64,000 bases of DNA from an uncultured Gemmatimonadales bacterium (GTDB lineage: Bacteria > Gemmatimonadota > Gemmatimonadetes > Gemmatimonadales > GWC2-71-9): the NCBI GenBank assembly GCA_963828735.1, contig CAWHFW010000005.1, positions 640,001 through 704,000 on the forward strand. Direction: 5' to 3'. The notes under the pieces were generated by a model. It was not told the origin of the DNA and did no database searches. It saw only the letters and a program-made list of their open reading frames with translations. Position numbers and translations under genes: made by a program. Shown here in pieces: positions 55,390 through 64,000 of this stretch; the first letter of the stretch is position 1; the number at the start of each line of letters is the position of its first letter.

Positions 55390-55434
55390 CTTAACGCTCG
55401 GTTCACATCCCTTTCGCTTCCTCCGGTGCACTCT
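55390..55434 (+). promoter_or_regulatory. 11-bp-period direct repeats plus -10-like hexamer
   Basis: CTTAA-N6-GTTCA-N6-TTTCG-N12-CACTCT. Confidence 0.4.
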
Positions 55435-55616
55435 CCCAGTCCACCCCGCGAGGGTGTGCTCGAGTAAGGACGCGCTCGAGCCAGGTCCGCGGCCGACAGT
55501 CACCTCTACTTCTAGGTGAGGGCACGTCGGTTACTCAGACGCATATGGCCAGCACATGATCACTCCGACAGGATCACACCATGCTCCACCACTCCTTTGA
55601 TACCGAGAGTCACGGG

Positions 55617-56846
55617 ATGACAGCCGTGCAATCATCCGTGATCACGGACGGCGGCTTCTCGAGTGCACGACGGGCTCGAATGCACGCGGCCCTGCGACGC
55701 CATGTCGACAGCGGCCAGATTCCCGGGCTTGTGGCGCTGGTCCACCAGCGCGGGCGAGAGCACGTGGAGACGATCGGCACCATGGCCTACGACAGCAACG
55801 TGCCGATGCGACGAGACACGATCTTCCGGCTCGCCTCCACGACCAAGCCGATCACCGCGGTCGGCGCCATGATCCTCGTGGAGGAATGCAAGGTCAGGCT
55901 CGACGATCCGGTCGACGAATGGCTGCCGGAGCTCAAGGACCGCCAGGTCCTGCGGACGATCGAGAGCCCGCTCGACGACACGGTGCCCGCGAAGCGCGCC
56001 ATCACGCTCCGCGACCTCCTCACGTTTCGATCGGGCTACGGTGAGGTGGGCTTTCTCTCGCCGACGTGTCCATTTCAGAAGGCGTGGGCGGAGGCACGCC
56101 TACCCCTCAGCGAATGGCCTTTCGCTGGCACATTCGACGAGCTCATGAGGCGCCTGGGCGGCCTCCCGCTCGTGCATCAACCAGGGGAGCGATGGCTGTA
56201 CCACATGAGTGCCGAGATCCTGGGAGTGCTGATCGCTCGCGTCTCCGGCAAGTCGCTGGGGGCTTTCCTTCATGAGCGCATCTTCGAGCCGCTCGGGATG
56301 GCGGACACCGGCTTCCAGGTCCCTGAGACGAAGCTCGATCGGCTCCCACCCTGCTACGGTAGGGATTTGGTCACCGGCGAGCTCGTCGTCTTGGAGGAAG
56401 GGCGTGGCGGCTACGCCGCCCGGCGGCCCATCTTTGAATCCGGTGCCGGGGGGCTCGTCTCGACGGTCGACGATCTGCTCGCCTTCGGTCGGATGATGCT
56501 GGTGAACGGCGCATGTGCCGGCGAGCGCGTTCTTTCGCGGCCATCGATCGAGCTGATGACCATGGATCACCTCACGCCCGAGCAGAAGGCCGTCTCACCG
56601 TTCTTCGAGAACTTCTGGGATACGTACGGCTGGGGCTTCGGCATGGGAATAGTCATTGCGCGCAATGATCTTGCGGACGTTCCCGGGCGCTTCGGTTGGG
56701 ACGGCGCCTTCGGTACGTCGTGGCACGTCGACCCGAGAGAGGGGCTAGTTGGCGTCCTCATGACCCAACGCCGTCCAGACCGGCTCGCTCTTCCCCCCGT
56801 CGTGCTCGACTTTTGGACCTCGGCCTACCAACTCCTCGACGTTTGA
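55617..56846 (+). CDS. Serine hydrolase (beta-lactamase-related family)
   Basis: IFRLASTTKP SxxK, QPGERWLY, IFEPLGMADT, FGWDGAFGT; start could be 55581. Confidence 0.9.
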   Translation: MTAVQSSVITDGGFSSARRARMHAALRRHVDSGQIPGLVALVHQRGREHVETIGTMAYDSNVPMRRDTIFRLASTTKPITAVGAMILVEECKVRLDDPVDEWLPELKDRQVLRTIESPLDDTVPAKRAITLRDLLTFRSGYGEVGFLSPTCPFQKAWAEARLPLSEWPFAGTFDELMRRLGGLPLVHQPGERWLYHMSAEILGVLIARVSGKSLGAFLHERIFEPLGMADTGFQVPETKLDRLPPCYGRDLVTGELVVLEEGRGGYAARRPIFESGAGGLVSTVDDLLAFGRMMLVNGACAGERVLSRPSIELMTMDHLTPEQKAVSPFFENFWDTYGWGFGMGIVIARNDLADVPGRFGWDGAFGTSWHVDPREGLVGVLMTQRRPDRLALPPVVLDFWTSAYQLLDV

Positions 56847-56927
56847 GAACAGATGACGACGACACCATGAGCCATGGTCGCGATGCCGTGCCGCCGGCTG
56901 TGTCCGTGGGCGGTTCGTCCACGCGCC

Positions 56928-57386
56928 TCAGATCGGCTCAGCGAACTCTGCCGGCAGGTCTTCCGGGAGGGCGGTCACGGGCATCGACCCGAGCGTCGCT
57001 TCGACCGCTTGACACCAGCGCTCGAGTGCGGTGGTGATGCGGGCGGTCAGTTCCGAAAACTCCTTGGCGCGGTGACACAACCCGACGGAGCGGCTGAGGT
57101 ACTTCGGAAGCAATTCAAGCAGCTCACCGAGCGCCCACAGGCGCTCCGCATCCGGCGGACTCATGTCCGCGGCCATCGCCTGGACCAGCCGGCATTCGTT
57201 CGCTACCCGCGCTGGAAACGCTCCCCGCAGATACTCTATCGCGGCCCACCTGGCCCAGGGCCCCGCATTGGCTTGGCGCGCAGGGCCGAGCGTCGCGGCA
57301 ACCTCTCTCCGCCAGTGCGAGTGCACTCGAACGAGACGTGGAAGCAGTAACTCCGCGTTCCGGGGCACGACTGTCGCGGCGGTCAT
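56928..57386 (-). CDS. Hypothetical helical protein (paralogue of 61714-62205)
   Basis: ATG overlaps upstream TGA; gapless similarity to the second copy. Confidence 0.75.
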   Translation of the reverse strand: MTAATVVPRNAELLLPRLVRVHSHWRREVAATLGPARQANAGPWARWAAIEYLRGAFPARVANECRLVQAMAADMSPPDAERLWALGELLELLPKYLSRSVGLCHRAKEFSELTARITTALERWCQAVEATLGSMPVTALPEDLPAEFAEPI

Positions 57387-57574
57387 GGCAAGGGTCCCTT
57401 CCATCCAGTGGTTCGATAGATCGGGCAGTAGCCCAGCAGGCCTGTGCCGAACGGGATCAGGCCGATCAGTGCGAGGTATCGCCAGGGAGACGGCAGCGCC
57501 CCGTACAAGCCGAGCAGTGCGATGCCAAGTGCCAGGCGCACGACTCGCTCGATGGTGCCGAGGTTGCGAATCAC
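57383..57574 (-). CDS. DUF2892 (YgaP-like) small membrane protein
   Basis: GGAGG RBS; RNLGTIERVVRLALG..IGLIPFGTGLLGYCPIY. Confidence 0.85.
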   Translation of the reverse strand: MIRNLGTIERVVRLALGIALLGLYGALPSPWRYLALIGLIPFGTGLLGYCPIYRTTGWKGPLP

Positions 57575-57658
57575 GAATGCCTCCCTTCCCCGGATATCAG
57601 CCGCCGGTTCTAGAGTGGAACGGTGAGCAAGCACACGGGACGTCGACCCCGATCTCGT

Positions 57659-58297
57659 CTACGCCGAGTGTCGCGCCTCGTCGCCCAGTGTGGCCCGTTC
57701 AGGTGGCGTGGTGATCGGCCGCCCATTCACGAGGTCGCTGAGCGCCACGCCGATTCGGTCGAGCGGCAGAACGTAGTCCACCGCCCCCGAATTGATCGCC
57801 GAGCTCGGCATGTCGAAGTGCTCGGAGCTGGCGCGGTCCTGCGCGATCACTATGCCACCCTGTTGCCTGATGGCTTGCACGCCGTCGGTACCATCCGAAT
57901 CCATGCCGGTCAGCACCACCCCGATTGTGCGGGTGCCGCCTGTTTTGGCGGCTGACAGGAATAGAGGATTCGCGGATGAGAGCACATGGTGGATCCGTCG
58001 GCCATTGATGAAATCCAGGGTGCGGTCCGGGTTGACGATCAGATGAGCGTTTACTGGCGCCAGGTACACCGTTCCCGGAACCAGCGGCTCGCCCGGCTCA
58101 GACCGCTTCACTCGCAGCCGCGACCGCCGCGCCAGCACGACCGGAAGCAAGTCCGGAAACTTGGGCGACCGATGCTGCACAATGCATATCGGGACGGGAA
58201 AGTCCGCCGGCAGATCGGACAGCACCTGCTGGAGCGCTTTCACGCCCCCCGCGGAGGCGGCGATGACGACGAGCTCGAACCGTGGTCGCTGTTCCAT
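57659..58297 (-). CDS. Stand-alone CheB-type methylesterase
   Basis: IAASAGG, IVQH, SANPLF, VVLTGMDSDG, AQD..S..FDMP; no receiver domain. Confidence 0.88.
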   Translation of the reverse strand: MEQRPRFELVVIAASAGGVKALQQVLSDLPADFPVPICIVQHRSPKFPDLLPVVLARRSRLRVKRSEPGEPLVPGTVYLAPVNAHLIVNPDRTLDFINGRRIHHVLSSANPLFLSAAKTGGTRTIGVVLTGMDSDGTDGVQAIRQQGGIVIAQDRASSEHFDMPSSAINSGAVDYVLPLDRIGVALSDLVNGRPITTPPERATLGDEARHSA

Positions 58298-58303
58298 GGA
58301 TGC

Positions 58304-58348
58304 ATCATGGCATGGGGGGAGCCAACAACGCGTGAAATGCGGGTGAAG
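58304..58348 (-). promoter_or_regulatory. Direct repeat plus -10-like hexamer upstream of the CheB-like gene
   Basis: CTTCA-N6-TTTCA-N23-CATGAT-N6-ATG. Confidence 0.4.
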
Positions 58349-58404
58349 ACTTCTTGTCATTCCCCTCCGAAGCATGTCCTACAGACGGCCAGTCGCTGCC
58401 GCTG

Positions 58405-59402
58405 TCAGCGCTTCACACTCGGCGTGGCGCGCCCGCTGCTCGATGTCGGTCGCCGGGTCCGTTTCTTGGTAGCAGCCTTTCTCGCCGGATGGCAGACGAG
58501 CACCGGAACGTCAGCAGCGCGGACCAACTTGTCAGCGATGCTGCCCAGCGCCAGGCGGCGAATCCCCCCGCGGCCGTGCGTGGCGAGCACGACGAGACTC
58601 ACCCGCTCTGGCCGAGCAACTTCGAGGATGGACTCGGCTGCGTTCCAACCGACTACGGCAACCCCCGACGCGCGGATGCCCTGCTCTCTCATCTGATCGC
58701 TGATCCCCTCCAGGTAGTCCTTCGCCTGTTCCCGGCATTGGGCCGTGAGCTCTTCGTCGTAGGCCGACAGCCACGGCAGGGCAGCGTCGGACGAGAGCGG
58801 CACCGGATGGACGACCTGAAGCAGAGTGACGTGCGCGGCCCACAGCCGTGCGATTCGTCCGGCGGCCTCGAGCGCCTCTTCGGCAAGCGGCGAGCCGTCG
58901 AGCGGCACCAGGACCTGGCGATCACCGGGATCGAATTCCTCCGACGGCTGAGTCCCGGCCGGCCGTACGAGCAGCACCGGAATATCCGTGTGGCGGACCA
59001 GGTGATCAGCGACGCTACCCAGCCATGCCCGGCTGATCCCGCCCCGGCCATGGGTCGCCATGACGATCAGGTCGACGTCCATTTCCTGCGCGTACTGAGC
59101 GAGCGACGGACCGACGGCGCCTTTCAGCGTGACCGCCGACGACAGGCGAATACCGCGCTCGCGCAGCCGTGTCTGGACGCCCCTCAGGTATGCCTGCTCG
59201 GCTTCCCTCCTCGCCACCTCGATGGCCGTGAACATCTTGCGGCGGCTGAATCTACCGGCGCTGGAGGAATCTGGTGCACCAGCACCAGATGGAGCTTGCT
59301 GGTATCCTGCTGAGCGATCTGGATCGCCAGGGGTAACGCCTGCTCGGCCAGCGGTGACCCGTCGAGCGGAACCAGGATCGAGGGGAACGAATCGCGCCTC
59401 AT
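58405..59402 (-). pseudogene. Tandem-domain universal stress protein with a single frameshift
   Basis: N-part ILVPLDGSPLAEQAL (from 59402) shifts frame near 59238 into MFTAIE..MATHGRGG..LGSVAD and a second Usp domain. Confidence 0.85.
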
Positions 59403-59493
59403 TGAGACAACCTCTCTCGAAGCCTGTGGAAGCTATCCCATCGTCTGACGGCGATTCCCCTTCGACTCGCGGTCAGGGGAAGCGTCCAACCCT

Positions 59494-59527
59494 ACAGTAC
59501 CCCACAATCGATGAAGAAATCGTGAAG
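59494..59527 (-). promoter_or_regulatory. Direct repeat plus -10 hexamer upstream of the Usp gene
   Basis: CTTCA-N6-CTTCA-N12-TACTGT. Confidence 0.55.
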
Positions 59528-59644
59528 GGATGGACAAACTGCCTTGTGCTGCGACCGACGAGGTCTCCTTCTCCGAATGATGGAGCGACGGTTGTAGCCG
59601 GAAGTGCTGTTCTGCGCGACTATCCGCTCGGGAGTGGCAAGATG

Positions 59645-60343
59645 TCAGTCGGCGCTCGTGCCGAAGAGGGCACCGACGCCGGCGGTGAGGGCCATGGCGA
59701 GGGCGCCCCAGAAGACTACGCGAGCCGTACCGATCAGCGAACGCGCACCGCCGGCGCGCGCAGCGAGCCACCCGAGAGTTCCCAGGCAGAGCAGCGACGC
59801 ACCAGCCACGGCTGGTACGAGCCTAGCCTCCGGCGCGAACAGCACGACTATCAAGGGGAGTACCGCACCGACGGCGAACGTAAGTGCCGAAGTAAGGGCC
59901 GCCTGCACGGGACGAGCTCGCAGGGCGGCGGAGATGCCTAGTTCGTCGCGCGCATGTGCCGCGAGGGCGTCGTGAGCCATGAGCTCGATGGCGACCTGCT
60001 GCGCCAGCGCGGGGCTCAATCCCCGCCCGACGTAGATCGACGCGAGCTCCTCCTGCTCGGCTGGGCCGCTCGCGGCCAGCTCCGTCCGCTCACGCTCGAG
60101 GTCGGCCCGCTCGGTGTCGGCCTGAGAGCTGACCGACACGTACTCGCCGGCCGCCATGGACATGGCGCCAGCCACGAGCCCCGCCACGCCGGCGACGAGC
60201 ACAGTCGTCCGACCCCCGTCGGCCGCCGCGACGCCAAGGACTAGACTTGCCGTCGAGACGATCCCGTCGTTGGCCCCGAGCACGGCAGCCCGAAGCCAGC
60301 CGATGCGCTCGGTGCGATGCCGTTCGCGGTGCCGTGCACTCAT
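59645..60343 (-). CDS. VIT1/CCC1 family Fe/Mn transporter
   Basis: WLRAAVLGANDGIVS, AMSMAAGEYVSVSSQAD, HARDELG. Confidence 0.93.
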   Translation of the reverse strand: MSARHRERHRTERIGWLRAAVLGANDGIVSTASLVLGVAAADGGRTTVLVAGVAGLVAGAMSMAAGEYVSVSSQADTERADLERERTELAASGPAEQEELASIYVGRGLSPALAQQVAIELMAHDALAAHARDELGISAALRARPVQAALTSALTFAVGAVLPLIVVLFAPEARLVPAVAGASLLCLGTLGWLAARAGGARSLIGTARVVFWGALAMALTAGVGALFGTSAD

Positions 60344-60414
60344 ATGGCCTCGCTGGGATGGGGAAGAGGGTCGCGCCTGCCCGCTGACGACGGACACATC
60401 GGCCTAAATGCGGG

Positions 60415-60843
60415 TCACGGTCGCGCGACCTCAGGCACGCCAGTATCGCACTGTCCCCGTTGTATGTCGGCCCTGGCAGCTTCCGCCAGCCGCACGTAGC
60501 CTGCGAGCATCCGGTCGAGGTCGGGGGCATCGAGCTCTTCAAGGTCCAGCAGGGCGTTGTGCGCTCCCGTCGTAGCGCGCAGCAGCTCGTCCAACTTTAC
60601 CTGCACGGCCTCGGCGTCTCGGTATTGAGTATTCTGAATGAGGAACACCATCAAGAAGGTGATGATGGTCGTACCCGTGTTGATCACGAGCTGCCAGGTA
60701 TCACTGAACCGAAAGACCGGACCCGTTACGAGCCAGGCCAAGATCACGCTCACGGCGAGGGTGAATGCCACGGGTCTGCCCGTCGCCCGCGACGTCGCCT
60801 TCGCAAAGTGCGTGAACCGCGATCCGGACTGTGTAGGGTGCAT
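60415..60843 (-). CDS. Low-affinity iron permease family protein
   Basis: FSDTWQLVINTGTTIITFLMVFLIQNTQ, QVKLDELLRA. Confidence 0.9.
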   Translation of the reverse strand: MHPTQSGSRFTHFAKATSRATGRPVAFTLAVSVILAWLVTGPVFRFSDTWQLVINTGTTIITFLMVFLIQNTQYRDAEAVQVKLDELLRATTGAHNALLDLEELDAPDLDRMLAGYVRLAEAARADIQRGQCDTGVPEVARP

Positions 60844-60919
60844 GTGACTGATTCTGCCCTGTGGTGACCTCATGTGAGAGCCTCCGCGGTGACGCCCGGG
60901 TACCCGAAGTGTTGGCTGG

Positions 60920-61714
60920 TCAGCTCACAGGCACGTCTGATCGAGACCGGCCTCGCTCTGGAGCCGAGGTGATACCGGCTTCATGCGTCCGCTGGCGACC
61001 CACCGCCTCCCGATGAGCCCGCTCACCCGCAGTCCCCGCAGGGCGGCGGTCCAGCTCCTTGAGCCGCGACGTCATGCCGTAAGCGATCAAGAGGTCGCCT
61101 GGCTGCACCGCCGTCGGCCCGCGCGGCGCGCCGACGTAGCTTCCATCAGTCCGCTCGATGCCCAGGATCAGCGCGCCCTCGGACCGGAGGTCCAGCTCCG
61201 CGAGCGTCTTGTTGGCCAGCCATTCGTCGGGCCTCACCCGCATTTCGATGACGCTGTATTCCCCCACGAGCCGGAGAAGGCTGGCATAGTCGCGTACGTC
61301 GAGGTCGGTCCAGTGCCGGAGCGCGATCGCGATGATCCGGGAGAGATGCTGATCGATGGTCCGGCTGGTGAACACCACCCACAAGAGCCCGACCCCTGCG
61401 ATCAGGCCCCCGGCCCGGGGCAGCCAACTCGCGGGACCGGAGGCGGACAGGAATACGAGAAGCAGACCTGACACCGTGACGACCGCGCCGGCATTGCCCA
61501 GCAGCATGAGCATCATGATGATGCGCCGGCGAACCGGGTGGTCGACGACGTGCTCCGCCTCATGGGTGGTGAAGCCGACGCCTAGAAACGCGGATTGAGC
61601 CTGGAACCGGGCCGATTCCCGCGACAGGCCGGTCAGGGTGAGGGCCACCGCCCCGATCCGCATGATGAGGAGCGAGAGCGACAGCACCACGAGAAGGGAG
61701 AGTAGGGCGATCAT
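60920..61714 (-). CDS. Membrane protein with TrkA-C (RCK C-terminal) domain
   Basis: TGLSRESARFQAQSAFLGVGFTT, HPVRRRI, LMLLGNAG; WLANKTLAEL..ILGIER..GDLLIAYG. Confidence 0.85.
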   Translation of the reverse strand: MIALLSLLVVLSLSLLIMRIGAVALTLTGLSRESARFQAQSAFLGVGFTTHEAEHVVDHPVRRRIIMMLMLLGNAGAVVTVSGLLLVFLSASGPASWLPRAGGLIAGVGLLWVVFTSRTIDQHLSRIIAIALRHWTDLDVRDYASLLRLVGEYSVIEMRVRPDEWLANKTLAELDLRSEGALILGIERTDGSYVGAPRGPTAVQPGDLLIAYGMTSRLKELDRRPAGTAGERAHREAVGRQRTHEAGITSAPERGRSRSDVPVS

Positions 61715-62205
61715 TAGGAGTCGACCAAGCGTTTGCCCATAGCCAGGTGCTTCACTGCCAGCCGGGCTTCGTCGGGCAGCGTGTCGAGAGAAACGCCGTT
61801 GCAGGCGAGCTCGACTTGCGCGCACCACAGCTCGAGCGCGTTGAGAAACTCCTCGGTCGGCGCCGCGAGCCCGGCGGTGACGGGGCGCCGGCGGCTGATG
61901 CGGTCAAGCGTTAGGTGCAGCCGGGCGACCCGCTCCCCGCCCTCTTCCAGCGCGTTCATCTCGCGGGCCGTGATGAAGGGCCGGAGCTCCCTCAGTAAGG
62001 CGCGCTCGATGCTGAATCGCTCGAGGAACCCTTCATTCAGGTAGCGAACCATCGACCACCGATCCCAGAATACCGGATCCGGCATTGTGGCCGGGGGGAG
62101 CAGCCGCCGGACTTCCTCGACCCACGCATCGTGGCTGGGGCTGAGCACGGCACCAAGAGTCTCGTCGACCCGGATGGTGCTGGCGGCTGAGGTGGCGGCG
62201 CACAT
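61714..62205 (-). CDS. Hypothetical helical protein (paralogue of 56928-57386)
   Basis: TAATG coupling to the next gene; gapless similarity to the first copy. Confidence 0.75.
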   Translation of the reverse strand: MCAATSAASTIRVDETLGAVLSPSHDAWVEEVRRLLPPATMPDPVFWDRWSMVRYLNEGFLERFSIERALLRELRPFITAREMNALEEGGERVARLHLTLDRISRRRPVTAGLAAPTEEFLNALELWCAQVELACNGVSLDTLPDEARLAVKHLAMGKRLVDS

Positions 62206-62236
62206 GACCTGCCTCGCTGTTGGAGCCTGATGCCTC

Positions 62237-62270
62237 ACGTTACGCGCGCTATGCTGAAGGAACGATGAAG
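62237..62270 (-). promoter_or_regulatory. Direct repeat plus -10 hexamer upstream of the 62205 gene
   Basis: CTTCA-N6-CTTCA-N12-TAACGT. Confidence 0.55.
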
Positions 62271-62345
62271 CTCCCTGGAAGGGAGCTTGTGCCGAAGGCG
62301 CGACCGACTGCCCACCATGGCCGCGATCTTCACGCGGATCCATGC

Positions 62346-63620
62346 TCAAGGCCAGATCAGCAGTCCTGCCAGCAGGCTCACGGCAAAGGCCAGAAGTCCA
62401 AGGGCAGCGGGCCGCCGGAAGCCAGGGCTACCGAGACCCAGGGCAAGCGCAAGCTTGAGCACCGTGTTCGAGAGCAATCCGATCGCAATGGCGCGGGCAG
62501 CGAGGGGCGCATCTCCCGTTGTGGCTCCGAGCCGCGACATCGAGTAGGTCAAGGCATCCATGTCGGTCAGCCCCAGCACGGCCGCGGAGCCTAACACACC
62601 GGCGGATCCCCAGAAGTGCTCCGCGGTCGGGACGGCGAGCAATACCAGCTGGAAGGCGAGCGCCATCTGAATGGCTGTACCCAGGCGGAGCGGATTACCC
62701 CCCTCCCGTGCCTCCGCGCGGGCGGGGGCGGGCTGGCTCCGGAGCAGAGCGTAGGTCAAGAAGCAGCCAGCGATCACTACGGGGGCAATGACATACGGTA
62801 CGAGCTGCCGAGCCACCGAAGGGTTCAGCACGAACGTCACGGTGAGCACCCGAGGCAACAGCACGGTGCAGGCGGCGATGACCCCGAGCGCGAGTCCCCG
62901 CGCGTACGCAGGTGTGAGGCGACTCTGGCGAGAGAAGCTCAGGGTCACCGCCGTTGACGACACCAGGCCTCCCAACATGCCGGCGATGCCGTAGCCCCGC
63001 TCGGCGCCGATGGCCCGTCGTGCCAGGTAGCCGATGAAGTTGACCCCCGAAAAGATCAGGACCACGGTCCACAGCTCGCGAGGCCGGATCGCGTCGCCCG
63101 GACCGAATGGTCCCGTCGGAAGCAGTGGGAGGATGACTACGGCGAGGACGGCGAAATGAAGAGCCGCCCGGAGCTCGGTCTCGCCTATTCTGCCGATGAA
63201 CTCGCGGATGCGGCTCTTTTCGGCCAGCGCCAAAACCGCCACGGCCGCCACGCCAGCGGCGAGGGTCTCGTATCCCAGTCCGGAGAGACTGCCCGTGCCG
63301 AGGACCAGGAGCGCTGCGGCCTCAGTGGTGCCGTCCCGGTCCGCCGTCTGCGTCGAGGCCAGCACGTAGGCAGCGACAGCCAAAGCCGCGGAGCCGCCCA
63401 CCAGGACCGCAGCCAGCAGGAGGTGGTCCTGCGCGGCGAGCCAGCCGGCGATGCCGCCCACCAACCCGAGCAAGAAGAACGTCCGCGCGCCGGCAAACCG
63501 CGCACGCGCTCCGGAGGCGTGGCCGGACCATTCCCGCTCCACGCCGATCGTGAGCCCTATCAGCCCCGCGACAGCGAGTCGCAGCGGAGGATCGAGATCG
63601 TCCAGCAAAGGGGCCATCAT
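62346..63620 (-). CDS. MgtC/SapB family protein with DUF4010
   Basis: IGVEREW, FAGARTF, GTTEAA, GGLVSSTAVT, GLTDMDA, SNTVLK. Confidence 0.9.
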   Translation of the reverse strand: MMAPLLDDLDPPLRLAVAGLIGLTIGVEREWSGHASGARARFAGARTFFLLGLVGGIAGWLAAQDHLLLAAVLVGGSAALAVAAYVLASTQTADRDGTTEAAALLVLGTGSLSGLGYETLAAGVAAVAVLALAEKSRIREFIGRIGETELRAALHFAVLAVVILPLLPTGPFGPGDAIRPRELWTVVLIFSGVNFIGYLARRAIGAERGYGIAGMLGGLVSSTAVTLSFSRQSRLTPAYARGLALGVIAACTVLLPRVLTVTFVLNPSVARQLVPYVIAPVVIAGCFLTYALLRSQPAPARAEAREGGNPLRLGTAIQMALAFQLVLLAVPTAEHFWGSAGVLGSAAVLGLTDMDALTYSMSRLGATTGDAPLAARAIAIGLLSNTVLKLALALGLGSPGFRRPAALGLLAFAVSLLAGLLIWP

Positions 63621-63683
63621 GGGCTCTCTCCGTTGCTGCGCCGGTTCCCTGCGTCGCAGGCCACGCCGGCGGCGCTCGGCCTC

Positions 63684-64000
63684 CTATCGGTCTCGCACCA
63701 CGACCGCGTCGAGCCCTCCGCCCGGCTTGTCGATGATCACGACCGTGCTCGCCTGCCCGGCCGACAGCGGGACGGGATCCACGACGAGCAGGGTGTCCCG
63801 CGGCACGTCGGGCGGCACGCCGTTGTCGCGCGCCTCCGTCGCGATCAGCACCTGCCAGTCGCCTGGGTCGCTCTCTACGTAGCCGCTCAGCGTCCGGTAC
63901 GCGAACGGGAACACCAGAGTGAGGAGACCGTCGAAGTCGGGCTGCCGGCGGTATACGTCGATCGGGCCGATCAAGGTGGCGAAGTTGGCCACCTGGAGCT
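63684..64000 (-). CDS. C-terminal part of a beta-rich protein (DUF4397-like), partial at window edge
   Basis: LQVANFA..IDVY..SGYV..GDWQV..TVVIIDKPGGGL. Confidence 0.5.
   Translation of the reverse strand, partial: LQVANFATLIGPIDVYRRQPDFDGLLTLVFPFAYRTLSGYVESDPGDWQVLIATEARDNGVPPDVPRDTLLVVDPVPLSAGQASTVVIIDKPGGGLDAVVVRDR

Noticed and set aside
34..63882. Numerous long antisense or alternate-frame ORFs in the track
   Set aside because: Arg/Pro/Ala-rich shadows of real genes, expected at this GC content; no motifs

Overview
GC-rich (roughly 70% by eye) bacterial chromosomal window. Gene content and protein style suggest Gemmatimonadota, which is an inference. 1-15.4 kb and 29-36 kb hold core-like genes: pckA end, HD hydrolase, PP2C plus a triple-FHA protein, ABC exporter, uvrA, aromatic amino-acid decarboxylase, alkA, holB, moaC, two lytic transglycosylases and ilvE. 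15.5-24 kb is a sulfatase/phosphodiesterase/glycosyltransferase/flippase/GMC block. 24.5-28.8 kb is a decayed ~3.9 kb integrative or prophage element in tRNA-Asn(GTT), with 45-bp att repeats, candidate arm sites, an integrase C-terminal fragment, a 96-bp-repeat membrane protein, a PKD lipoprotein and signs of a second tandem element. 36-64 kb is accessory: small and fragmentary genes, a caa3-type oxidase operon, a GT4/deacetylase/flippase-like operon and a stress/ion-homeostasis cluster. The most notable unexplained signals are (1) a recurring 11-bp-period (C/G/T)TTCA direct repeat placed 12 nt before a -10-like hexamer in several intergenic regions, a candidate PhoB/OmpR-type regulon; (2) two gaplessly alignable paralogues of an unrecognised helical protein family; and (3) a recurrent leaderless TANNNT-N6/7-ATG signature. 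No CRISPR array or rRNA was seen. All family calls come from motif recognition, not database searches.
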